DNA of 36,643 bases from Basidiobolus meristosporus CBS 931.73. Its lineage: Eukaryota; Fungi; Basidiobolomycota. A program made the translations under genes and the position numbers. Below the pieces are notes generated by a model, which worked only from the letters and a program-made list of their open reading frames with translations, searched no databases and was not told where the DNA came from. Location: positions 1 to 36,643 of the forward strand of contig MCFE01000779.1 of NCBI GenBank assembly GCA_002104905.1, in the 5' to 3' direction. This document shows, piece by piece, positions 1 through 10,209 of this stretch; within the stretch, counting starts at the first letter, position 1; every line of letters starts with the position of its first letter.

Positions 1-311
1 TTCTGCGTAGGTATGTCAAATTTGACCTCAATTCCAAGAAAATAGCTCAATTTTCCAAAATCTTTTCATCTCAAACTTGCTGAAGAGATCTGATTTTGTC
101 TGTTTAAGTGCTCTTGATCACTTGTAGCTACAATTAGGTCGTCCACATAAAGAACTAGGATGATCACACCCTTTTTGAGCTGCTTCACATATATACTGTG
201 ATCTGCAGTGCTACGAGAGAACCCAATTTCCTCTAGATATGTGTCAATCTTGTTATACCATGCTCTGGGTGCCTGCTTAAGCCCATACAACAATTTTCTA
301 AGTTTGCACAC
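1..311 (-). pseudogene. pol: Copia reverse transcriptase continuation (frameshifted)
   Basis: VCKLRKLLYGLKQAPRAWY and LVLYVDDL; after further 1-nt indels KFEMKDFGKLSYFLGIEV can be read. Confidence 0.9.
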
Positions 312-1828
312 CTTATGGGGCTTTTTGTATCGGTAAAACCTTCTGGTTGCTCCATATATATAGTTTCTTCCAAATCCCCATTTAGAAAGGCTGTTTTGAC
401 GTCCATTTGGTGTAGATCTAGACTGTGTACAGCTGCCAGGGCTAGAACTGTCCTAATAGAGTTAAACTTGGCAACTGGAGCAAATATTTCCTTAAAGTCT
501 AGTCCCTGGATCTGGGAATAGCCTTTAGCTACCAATCTAGCCTTGTACTTATCAACAGCACCATTTGAGGTTATCTTGATCTTGTAGACCCATCTACATC
601 CTATTGGCTTTCTCCCATTTGGTAAATCTACCAGTTCCCACGTTTTTGCCTTGATCAGTGATTGGTATTCCTCCTGCATGGCTTGTTGCCACTTAGTAGC
701 ATCTGGACCTTGCATTGCCTGTTCCTGATTCTGAGGTTTGGCACATAAGGCAAGATAAGCTTCTTCATGATCATTGGATGTCTGCCACCAGGATACAGGG
801 GCATTTCTTATTCTGGTAGATCTCCTAACTGGGATAATCTGTTCTGATCTGGAACTGGTAAAAGTATCTTCCATCTCTGGCTGGATTTGGTACGTATCTT
901 CTTCATTTGTGTTGATTGCATCATCAGGCAGCTGGCCAATGATTTCTGTGGCTTTCTGATCTGAATTTTCCTCAAATACAACGTCCCTGCTCTTGATCAG
1001 CTTCTGAATTTCGCCATCATACACTCTATACCCTTTAGTATCTTCACAATACCCAAGAAAGATCCCTTTTCTACTCTTTGGTTCCAACTTTGAGCGTTTT
1101 TTGTCAGGGATGTGATAAAAAACATCACTACCAAAGATCCTGAGGTGCTGGAGATCTGGTTTTTTGCCTGTATATGCTTCAAAGAGTGTAGAATCATGTA
1201 GTGCTGTTGTTGGGCATCTGTTCTTGATGTATACAGCGGTAGCAACAGATTCAGCCCAAAGCTTGTAGTCCATTCCCTTATCATGTAGCATAGATCTTCC
1301 CATCTCTACTATTGTTCTATTTGCACGTTCTACTACTCCATTTTGCTGTGGAGTATGAGGAACTGTGGTCTGTTGAAGTATACCAGTAGACAAGCAGTAT
1401 TTTGCAAACTCCTTTGAGCAGTATTCTCCTCCATTGTCACTTCGTAGTACCTTCAATTTACACCCAGTTTGTGTTTCTGCCATGTCCTTGTAGTGCTTAA
1501 ACGTCTCTAAAGCTTCATCCTTTGTTTTGAGGAAGTACACCCATGTATATCTTATCTTGTCATCAATAAACATCATAAAGTATCTCTTGGCTCCAAAGGA
1601 CAGTGTTCTCATGGGGCCACATATGTCTGAGTGTACAATAGCCAATATTTTGGTGGTATTGATGCCTTCTGAGCTCTTGAAACATTGCCTAGCTTGTTTG
1701 CCATATGAACATCCCTTACAAACATTCAATTTGATTGGAATTGAGTATTTTAGGCCCAAAACAAGCTGATTTTTCACCAATTGGCTCATTTTCTGTTTCC
1801 CTATGTGTCCTAGCCTCCTATGCCACAT
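233..1828 (-). CDS. pol: Copia integrase plus N-terminal reverse transcriptase (531-aa frame of the polyprotein)
   Basis: HHCC region, D-D-E catalytic triad, SH3-like KRSKLEPKSRKGIFLGY, RT start WELVDLPNGRKPIGCRWVYKIK. Confidence 0.93.
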   Translation of the reverse strand: MWHRRLGHIGKQKMSQLVKNQLVLGLKYSIPIKLNVCKGCSYGKQARQCFKSSEGINTTKILAIVHSDICGPMRTLSFGAKRYFMMFIDDKIRYTWVYFLKTKDEALETFKHYKDMAETQTGCKLKVLRSDNGGEYCSKEFAKYCLSTGILQQTTVPHTPQQNGVVERANRTIVEMGRSMLHDKGMDYKLWAESVATAVYIKNRCPTTALHDSTLFEAYTGKKPDLQHLRIFGSDVFYHIPDKKRSKLEPKSRKGIFLGYCEDTKGYRVYDGEIQKLIKSRDVVFEENSDQKATEIIGQLPDDAINTNEEDTYQIQPEMEDTFTSSRSEQIIPVRRSTRIRNAPVSWWQTSNDHEEAYLALCAKPQNQEQAMQGPDATKWQQAMQEEYQSLIKAKTWELVDLPNGRKPIGCRWVYKIKITSNGAVDKYKARLVAKGYSQIQGLDFKEIFAPVAKFNSIRTVLALAAVHSLDLHQMDVKTAFLNGDLEETIYMEQPEGFTDTKSPIRCANLENCCMGLSRHPEHGITRLTHI

Positions 1829-3072
1829 CTCCCAGTTGTTTCATCAGTTTCAGCAATGTTGACATACTCAGGTACAATGATCTTGCATTGTAACTTGTAA
1901 ATATTGTGATCTCTGAATCCCAAAGCTAAATTTTGTCCATTTTCACTCAATATTGAGCAGCTCAGCTTAGTAAAAACAAATTTCAGTCCCTGAGTAGTTG
2001 CTTCACTGACTGAGAGTAGGTTCTTAGCTATTCCAGGTACATAGAATATGTCAGTCAGTTTTGCTGTTGTTGCCCCTGAGTTATCACTCATATTTAGTTG
2101 TATAGACCCACTGGCAGTAGCTTCCAATGCAGAGTTATCTCCCAGATAAACCTTTCTTACGGGAATAGTCTTTAAGTTGCTGAACCAATCCTTTATACCA
2201 CAAATATGCTGTAATGCTCCAGAGTCAATATACCATTCATTACTTTGGTTACTTGCACTCTCTTGTACAGTGACAAATAGCTTTTCATCAGTAGTTATAT
2301 GGTTTGCCTGCTCTAGTTTCTGTTTATCGTCTGCTTGTTTCTTCTTGCATTCTCTTGCCCAGTGTCCTGGCTTCTTACAGTAGTTACAGCAGCCAGGTTT
2401 TCTTCGGTTTTGTTGCTTTCCCTTCTTTTCTGTATGCCTTTCTGAACTGAATAAAGCATTATCTTCAATTTTCTCTGCTTGATCATTACGTCTGAGTTCT
2501 TCATGGAGAAGTCTTCCTTTGACATAGTCTAAAGTCAAGTTGTCTTCTCTGCTTTCAAAAGAAAGTATGAGTGGCTCATACTCGTCTGGTAGGCTGCAAA
2601 GCAGACAGAGTATCTTTTCTTCATCATCTGCACCAGCATTAATACTGTAAAGTTCTTCTGCAAGTGTCTCCATTGTGGTAATGAGTTGTAGCATGTCATC
2701 ATCTGGCTTTTTTCTCATGTTGAAGAACTTTCGTTTCAAATAAAGCTTGCTTGATACTGACTTTGCTCTAAAGATCTTCTCTAAGGATTCCCATGCTGCT
2801 TTGGCAGTATTTGAGGCATGGATTTGTCCAATGAAGGAGTCTTGCACATTGATGCATATTGCATTGAAGGCCTTTCTCTCCTTCTCTTGAAACTTCTCCA
2901 CATCTTCTGCTGTTCCTTTGGGCTCAACTTCCTTTCCTGTTACTATGTTCCAAAGCTTTCTTTCCTCAAGGTGGATCTGTATTTTGATTCTCCAAAGTCT
3001 GTAGTTCTTCCCATCAAACCTCTCCGTTACAGGGAAGATGTTGGTATTGCTTTGTTTGCTGGTAGAAGTCAT
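1810..3072 (-). CDS. gag: Copia gag-protease portion of the polyprotein (420 aa; frameshifted from pol near 1820)
   Basis: ORF track: FDGKNYRLWRIK N-terminus, LLCSLPDEYEPL, zinc knuckle CxxCxxxGHxxxxC, aspartic protease motif WYIDSGA. Confidence 0.92.
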   Translation of the reverse strand: MTSTSKQSNTNIFPVTERFDGKNYRLWRIKIQIHLEERKLWNIVTGKEVEPKGTAEDVEKFQEKERKAFNAICINVQDSFIGQIHASNTAKAAWESLEKIFRAKSVSSKLYLKRKFFNMRKKPDDDMLQLITTMETLAEELYSINAGADDEEKILCLLCSLPDEYEPLILSFESREDNLTLDYVKGRLLHEELRRNDQAEKIEDNALFSSERHTEKKGKQQNRRKPGCCNYCKKPGHWARECKKKQADDKQKLEQANHITTDEKLFVTVQESASNQSNEWYIDSGALQHICGIKDWFSNLKTIPVRKVYLGDNSALEATASGSIQLNMSDNSGATTAKLTDIFYVPGIAKNLLSVSEATTQGLKFVFTKLSCSILSENGQNLALGFRDHNIYKLQCKIIVPEYVNIAETDETTGRCGIGG

Positions 3073-3095
3073 CTTTAGAATAGATTAAGGCAATT

Positions 3096-3108
3096 GGGGC
3101 TCATAACC
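3096..3108 (-). promoter_or_regulatory. Primer-binding site complementary to the anticodon arm of initiator tRNA-Met (half-tRNA priming)
   Basis: Minus strand GGTTATGAGCCCC directly after the LTR end; the plus strand reads GGGCTCATAACC, the anticodon stem-loop of fungal-type tRNA-iMet, as in Ty5/copia priming. Confidence 0.85.
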
Positions 3109-3477
3109 TGTTGAAGTTTAAGAAGTGATTTGGATATAAGGAACCTATCAAGAAATAGTGATAATAGTTGAACTGTTGTTTATTCATAAAGTAGCTCAGT
3201 ATTTATACCTTTGTAGAAGTAATACAGCTGCAACACTAAGTAGGGAGGGTTTCTCAATATTCAGGAGCATTCTGTAACAGTTTCAGGGTTAGTACATAAT
3301 GTTTGGTAATAGTGCTAATTTGATGCTGACTATAGGGGAATAATTATAAGATCATATATCTGGAGAAAGTGGCAAAGTTAAGGCAGTGAATGAGTCCTAC
3401 AGTGACTAAGACTAGCCTAGAATTGTTAAGTAAGTTTTTAGCTGCTGAATGATACTAAATAGTCCAATATTTCAACA
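3109..3477 (-). repeat. Copia family A 5' LTR (369 bp)
   Basis: Termini TGTTGAA...TTCAACA (7-bp perfect inverted repeat); TATA-like GTATAAATA on the minus strand near 3200; adjacent to the PBS. Confidence 0.92.
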
Positions 3478-4400
3478 TCTTCAATGTTGTTTGCTTTTTA
3501 GGCTTTGGTCTACACACCACATTATCTCCCTGCCATGCTGTGATAGGTTGTTTGGTGGGCTTTATCTTTGGGCACTGTTGTTGTGCTTTAACAACTGTAC
3601 AGTGTTCATCTGCTGTTACATTGGGAAATGAATTAATTCTTGTCTGTGACATTGAGCTAAATGAGGTCCTTCTATGTGGCAAAGATACTCTTTTCTCTAT
3701 TGTCTGCTCATCCTGTTTCTGTTGCAATTTAAGAAGTGATTTGGATCTAAGGAATTTATCAATAAATAGTGATATTAGTTACACTGTTATTTATTAGTAG
3801 AGAAGCTCAGTATTTATACCTTTGTAGATGTAATGCAGCTGTAACACTAAGTAAGGAGGGTTTCTCAATATTCAGTAGCATTCTGTAACAGTTTCAGGGT
3901 TAGCACATAATAGTTACTGTTGGTGCTAATTTGATCCTGACTATGAGGGAATAATCATAAGATCAAAGGTCTGAAGAAGGTGGCAAACTTAAAGCTTTAA
4001 GTTAGTCCCACAGTGACCAAGACTAGTCCAGAATTGTTAAGTAAATATTTAGCTGCAGAATGATACCAAAAAGTCCAATATTTCAACTGTTTCTGAACTA
4101 TTTCCTGATCTCCCTGGGCCATTGCATATATCCTATCAGCCACTGCACCTAATTGCTTCATTAATGCCTTGGTATGAGCTGACAACATACTTGCTAATGT
4201 GGATGGTGGTAATGTTACAACAGCCACTTGCTGGTTGTCAGTTGAAGGTACTGCATTTGCTACACTCTCATCTGCCTGATCATAACAGTCAGCTTGCCAC
4301 TATGCAGAGCTTCTCAGTTCACCACTTTACTGAGAGCCAGAGGAGACCGTATTATTACCTTTGGTGGGCATACTGTCAACACAACCTTTATTGGATGCAG
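3478..4400 (-). pseudogene. Accessory ORF of CACTA copy 1 (unknown function), split by the solo LTR
   Basis: LASMLSAHTKALMKQLGAVADRIYAMA and RINSFPNVTADEHCTVVKAQQQC match ORF 21746..22390. Confidence 0.7.
3720..4088 (-). repeat. Copia family A solo LTR (369 bp) with 5-bp target-site duplication
   Basis: Colinear with 3109-3477 and the same length; flanked by GTTTC at 3715-3719 and 4089-4093; removing it restores the peptide QEIVQKQ-DEQ seen in the paralog near 22010-22040. Confidence 0.92.
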
Positions 4401-4736
4401 CCCTGCTTATTGAACTGAATGTCAAAGCAAGCTGTTGTCCAACTGTTCTTCTGCCGCCATCAGTGGTGGGGTTTGGTTGGGGACTAGACAACTTTGCTTT
4501 CTTTTTTGGCAGCATAAATATGGAAGTAAGTCAAACCATAGGAGAAATAGAGTACATATACATGAGTATGTGGTGCCACAGCATTATTTATAATGCCTAC
4601 TATGGCAGGTCATCATTGAATCCTACATTCATGTAAGTGCAATGCCTCAAGTACCAGACTGTCTTGAAACTATATCAATATTGACCAAAAAGTGATAAAA
4701 TAGCGTTAAATTGTTGAAGGCTGAGCTGTTTGCTCC

Positions 4737-6120
4737 ATGAACAAGACTACTTTGACTGAACACTGTAAAAGAAGAGAAAAAAGGCCATGTGGCTATTGTA
4801 GCAAGCCTCTCAACCATGAAGCATGCAAACTGCATAGAAAGTATTACCAGAATCATGCCCAGTGTTTTGCCACAAAAGTCATATTTGACTATTCATCAGT
4901 CACAACTGCACCAAAATTATCTTGCCAGTTGGTTGACACTTCTAGATTGCACCTGGCTGTCTTTGTAACATTTCTCAAACTGAGTCAGATGAGTTTGTGA
5001 CACCTTCAGGCTAACCTAAGCTTTCTGAATATGGCACACAGAGTGATAGCTCCGACAAAGAAGGCTTGCTGACGGATGTGAGCCTATCTCCCCTGGCACC
5101 AGTACCACACATGAGCCTAGTCAAATTCCAATATGCAATGAGACAACATCTGTTGAAACAAATGCTAGGGATACTCTATGAAGCCCAGTGACCCCAGTAA
5201 TACATCTGCTGGTGAATGAAGTAATGTAGTGGCTAGAGAAGTGGTGTGTTTCCACTGATATCAGTAATTGGGGAATTAGGAATTACTACTTTATATATAG
5301 AGCGCTTCATGCTAAATGAGCCCTGGGATATATTGTAGAAATTTGGAAGAATTGGCAAGAAATTACAAAGTGTTCACTACCCTAGGTATTTCTCAATGGC
5401 TCCAATAAGTATTCATGCATATATGCAACAGAACATATGCAAGGACTGGATGAAGTGGATATGTACTTATTCAAGTGGTGCTCTGAAGCCATCCCTACCA
5501 AGTGTACAATGGGAGCATTGGGAGTCATATGTAGGCATTGTAGGAATATTTATCCAGAAGCAGATCACCAATGCCATCTTGACACATCTACAGCTGTTGT
5601 GCAAGGAGTTAGTAATCAGATTTGAGCAGCTATACTACAAACATAAAGCTGAACATGTAAATCTGTGCAGCTACTGTATCCATTCTCTACTCTGTCTTGC
5701 TTGTTGTGTGGAGAACATTTGGCCTTTTCTTCATCTCTTGGGAGCTTCCTATGGAGCAGATATGTGGAGAGATAGGAAGACAGGTCAAGTTGCAGGTACT
5801 ACCATTTCCCAATCTCATCACAAATATTATCTTCAAGTCTGTGATGGATGTGATAAGTTGGTACATGGAGAACTGCCAGAGAGAGTTGCAAAATACTGAG
5901 GACAGATGTGCACATGGAGACACTTATGCCTATGGAACTGAGAAGCTAAGCAGCCCCAATGCGTTAGTATGCAGTTGAGTAATGCAAAGCTGGGTTGGGT
6001 GCAACAAGCAACTACTTTTTATTACGAACGCTCTACCGTAGTATGCCTGGTTTCTCTTGGACACAAGCCACCTTTTACACCATATGATATGTAACTCACA
6101 CAAATAAGAGCCAGAGCACA
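4737..6120 (+). pseudogene. CACTA/EnSpm transposase remnant (N-terminal Cys motif and C-terminal DUF4218-like region; catalytic core deleted near 5290)
   Basis: PCGYCSKPLNHE; KCKDWMKWICTYS..LKPSLPSVQWEHWESYV..RFEQLYY..IHSLLCL; WELPMEQICGEIGRQVK. Aligns with copy 2 except for about 1 kb that is missing. Confidence 0.78.
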
Positions 6121-7351
6121 TCCCTAAGCAGGACTAGAATCCAACAGGGAGAAGAAAAATACTGGCCAAACACAGAAAGGTTCTGTGCAGATATTCAGGG
6201 GGTATCCATGGCAGAAGCGGCAGCAACCAGGTATGTGCTTGCAAGATGTATATTTTACCAGCATATTTTACCAGCAATACAAGGTATATGGTGGCTTAAC
6301 TAGCATCATACTAAAAGGCTGTAAAGTTGAGGTACTAGAAGTATGTCAGTAGGAGCAGGTTTGCACATTAGTAGAAGTTAGTACGGAGGAGGTGATATAT
6401 GTGGAATACTCAAGGTAGCAGTGGGTAATCAAATAATGATAAGTGATTCTACAATGAAATATATAAATTACACAAGTGATGGTAGAAAAAGGAGACACCA
6501 ATTGGTAAATTGGTACAGTTGAATTCTTCAGTACTAGCTATAGGTCTCCATACTACCCTCATAATGTTATTAGAGAGCGGAAATGAGGCCATCAAATCAC
6601 CATCAAGTTTTTGGCCATATAGGCAATTGGATGTACTGGCAAGTAGATCCATTTAAAATAGCAATAATGTGCTCTAAGACCACAGCAATGCCATGTAACT
6701 ATTACCAGAGCATGTATGAAACCCCATCAAGTTTTGTACAGTTATTTGGCAGTTAAATTAGCCAAACACTGTTGTGATCCTGTCAAAAGATTTTCAAGAG
6801 GGTTGCTAATTCCAAGCTGCTGATATTATGATGGTCTTCAAATAGGATCCTGATGGCCAATCTAGATTGGATCTACCCACAGGACCAAACTATTGCTCAT
6901 AAGGTATTGGATCATTGACTGATGTGGTAACAGACAAACTTTCTTACACTAGACATAAACTGAGTGACATCTAGTATCTTGGTCCTCTGAAGCCTATGTT
7001 ATCACCAGAGACAGCAAGTTTTGCAGGCATTAGCTGATAATGCACAGTCACCTTGCATCTCTGAAATTTGACCACAGTGATTGCAGCCCCTGAGACAAGC
7101 CTTGTAGTCCTGGACTGTCCAGGTGGTGTTTGGAGAGCAAATGTGTCACTTGATGTCTCCTCTGTGGTGTCAGGTCATATCCTGAGGGGCGGTCATATAA
7201 AGAGTAAAAAGGGGCATGGATCAACCAGATAGTTTTTATGGATCCTGAAGACACTGAGAAGATCAGTTAGACTTGCAAACCAAGTGCAAGGCTGAAAATG
7301 ATTAGCAGCAAAAAAAGAATAAACAAAGCCCTTATTAAGGTAAAATCTCAC

Positions 7352-8049
7352 TGTGGTGCATCAACATTTAAACAGAGCCTATTTTACTCCAATAGAAAAT
7401 CTAGTACCCTAACTGATTTTCCCTTACCCAAGCATAACTAATCTCAGTTGTGGTTTATTTTATCACTTCTCAGAAATTATCTTCAGCTGTCACACCTGAT
7501 CATTCTTCATGTGATAATTACATGCTCAACTGATCTGCTAAGCCTTTCAGAGTGACTAGTCATCTGATATCTATCCAACTACTTAGCAGTTGCCAAGACA
7601 TCAGCTGATTAATGATGTAATATCTCATTTACCTTATGCACCTATGAACATGCCAACAGACTTCAATTAGTCCAATCTCTTGGCACTTACTTACTCAACT
7701 TAATCAGAAAAATATAAACAAAGATTACTGAGCCTTTTGGTGTGGTGCATGTCTCAACAAAATTAAGATTGTACCTCAGCAAAATTAAGAGTTCAACAAA
7801 TCTGTTCCAGTTTCCACCCAAGCCTAGCATATCTAGCATTCCTAAGAACACCAAGCCTAGCCTGTATAACAAACTAACTTGGTTGCCTTTATGGCCCCAC
7901 CCAACTATATACAAAACCAATATTAGACCAGAACATTTCTGCTAATATTTCTGTCACCTTTGACAATTCTTAGATTCTGCACTTAGTTGTCACTTAGGTT
8001 CAGTTAACTCACTCAAGAGTCTAATTACACTTTTCTCTTGGATACAACA
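7352..8049. repeat. Candidate solo LTR (698 bp)
   Basis: Starts TGTGGTGCAT and ends GATACAACA; flanked by CTCAC at 7347-7351 and 8050-8054; the joined flanks give an open frame RINKALIKVKSHFWKGIR. Confidence 0.5.
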
Positions 8050-8894
8050 CTCACTTCTGGAAAGGCATTAGATTCTACTCTACAAGTATATTCTGATAAG
8101 ACAAAAGCAACTGAATCAATTCAAATCAGTAGAAGCACTGTAAAAATAGACACCAAATAACTAATGGTACTTTCTGATACCAGAATGGGAAAATCAAGAA
8201 ACAAATCAATTTTGAATCTACCATAAATGAAGTAATCTATCCAAAGAAAGTTATTGCTACTTAAGGAAGACAAAGATGACCATGTCAGATCATGTTTGTG
8301 GATCTGATTCACCAAGCAGATGTGGTTCAAGTGGGAGCAGGCCATCCCAGCTTAGAGTTGAGCAAAAACCTTTTTTTTGCCCTGTTGTGTGCCCTGTAAT
8401 GCCAGGAAATTGGGATAATCTAGATCAGGCATATATGAAAAAGCCTTAACTTGGCCCAATATAGATCATTTTCTTTACCTCATATAGTGTCTATGTGATC
8501 AAAGTAACTGTCCCTGAGCCTAATACTGACATACAGTGAGGTTGTCCAAAGGAATTAGACTTTTGCCCAGAGATAAGGAAACTGCATATCTGCCATATAT
8601 GACAAAACCTTAACTTGACCCAAAGTGTGTCAATTTTGCCCAAATATGAAGCATTGGATAGCCCAGAGACTATATCTCATTATTACAATCTGAAAGTTAG
8701 ATATAGATCATTATTTAATCAGGTACAGCTGATCAAAGCTAATGATTAGTATTTTGTTCAAATCATTCTGATTTGTGGGCATACTATTAAGTCGATTTGC
8801 ACTTTGAATGACAAGTTTGCTATTCAGTTAAGCTGAGCACAAATGCATATATGGTTCAATATCTATTGATCCAGTATGAAACACAGTAAAATTG

Positions 8895-9262
8895 TGTTAC
8901 AAGTCTTGGTATAAGAGTTGTAGAGGAATAGGGAGTTTAGCTAGTATTGTATTCACTAAAATTTGAACTGCTCTTTATTGAGGTTCCAGCAGCTCCTAAT
9001 ATACATTTTGCCAGATCAATTGCTGACTAATCATATTTCCTAATGTAGGTTGTGGCTGATGACTCATTTGATTGCATCATCATCACCCAATAAGATCCTA
9101 CTTAAAATATCCATATCTGTCTGATAAGGATCTATTGATTCATTTACTGACTAATGCAACTGATTTGATAGATAATACTGATATACTGATAACCTAAACA
9201 TATACTAATTGACTTGATTAAAAGCTGATCCAACTTAAACATTCAAGCGGCAGATCACAACA
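8895..9262 (-). repeat. Gypsy family C solo LTR (368 bp) with 4-bp TSD
   Basis: TGTTAC...CACAACA termini; ATTG at 8891-8894 and 9263-9266; reverse complement of the repeats at 15504-16207 and 27539-28397. Confidence 0.88.
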
Positions 9263-10209
9263 ATTGCATATTCTTATTATACATTGCACACTCTCAATAG
9301 ACTTGTTCCATTGTACCATGCCAGGGCAAGTGGTGCAATCCATGGTCTCTAAGAACAATTGGGCATCATATTGTAGCTACCAATAGGCAGGATTGCTCTT
9401 GGACAATTTTGCACTATGTGGGACAATCTTGCACACTATGGCATAATCTGACATGATGAGGTTGGCACATATGATTGCGCCCACTTGTAGTAATTGCATC
9501 ACGTGCGCAATTGGATGTTGCCATTATGGTTGGTAAAGTCCAGTTTTTGGATATGTTTCTTTAATGTAAATGGAAATAAATGTGTATCACACTATAAGCT
9601 ACACTGATACTAACCATTTTGATGACCATCACTCCAATTGGATAGTATCTCAGTGGTTAAATGGCTGAAAAGTATCCTGAAGCTGTCAACCTCCAGTTGG
9701 ATCTTTGAGCAATACACAAGCTACCTGATTTGCCATCAAATAACCCATTTTGCCATTAAGCAAGTAAATCCTTGGTCCTAGTGATTAGGCAAGGTGTTGT
9801 AGCTGGCATGCAACCAACTGTATGGGTGCAAATTGGATCAAATGGCTGCAATGGTGCCACAGATGATGTATACATATGCAGGGTGTTTATTTGTAGTGGT
9901 CCTGTCTCAAATGTGAGACAACCTTGATACTGGTTATATCAAAAATTTAGTAATTACTGAATTGCAATGGCTTGATGCGGATTGTGAAAAAATGTGTAGT
10001 TTGGAGCATTACAAATAATAGCAATTCAATGCAATTGCATCATCTTCTCCCAGGCTTTTTTCTCACAGGGATTACAACTGAAGCATTTGGTAGTGATTCA
10101 CTTTGCACACCTAAACTACTTTCTTGTTGACTATCCTCTTGGCTACTGTGTAATTTAAGTCAGTATTTTGCCTCCTAGTTGATGAGTGCAATGCTGCAGC
10201 TTGGCTGCA

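Larger units (their letters stand above)
1..3477 (-). mobile_element. Ty1/copia LTR retrotransposon, family A (5' LTR, PBS, gag-PR-IN-RT; runs off the window start)
   Basis: Copia domain order on the minus strand: gag, CCHC knuckle CNYCKKPGHWAREC, protease WYIDSGA, GAG-pre-integrase WHRRLGH, integrase (HSDICGP, RSDNGGEY, VVERANR), RT (KARLVAKGY, MDVKTAFL, LYVDDL). Preceded by a PBS and a TG..CA LTR. Confidence 0.96.
3478..6904 (+). mobile_element. Decayed CACTA/EnSpm-type DNA transposon, copy 1 (internally deleted; interrupted by copia A insertions)
   Basis: Inverted paralog of 18050-22290; homology between the copies stops at 6904/18050; contains transposase remnants and a divergent ORF. 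Confidence 0.8.

Noticed and set aside
315-1769. Short plus-strand ORFs here and similar antisense ORFs elsewhere (for example 35839-36632, 27756-28351)
   Set aside because: They are shadows of retroelement coding strands or by-products of palindromic MITE arms, with no recognisable motifs.
1810-1828. Programmed gag/pol frameshift in copia A
   Set aside because: The break lies after the protease, has no slippery heptamer or Ty1 CUU-AGG-C site, and comparison with family B spacing indicates a 1-nt loss.
9640-9720. tRNA/SINE-like sequence (TATCTCAGTGGTTAAA resembles an A box)
   Set aside because: No B box or cloverleaf could be built.
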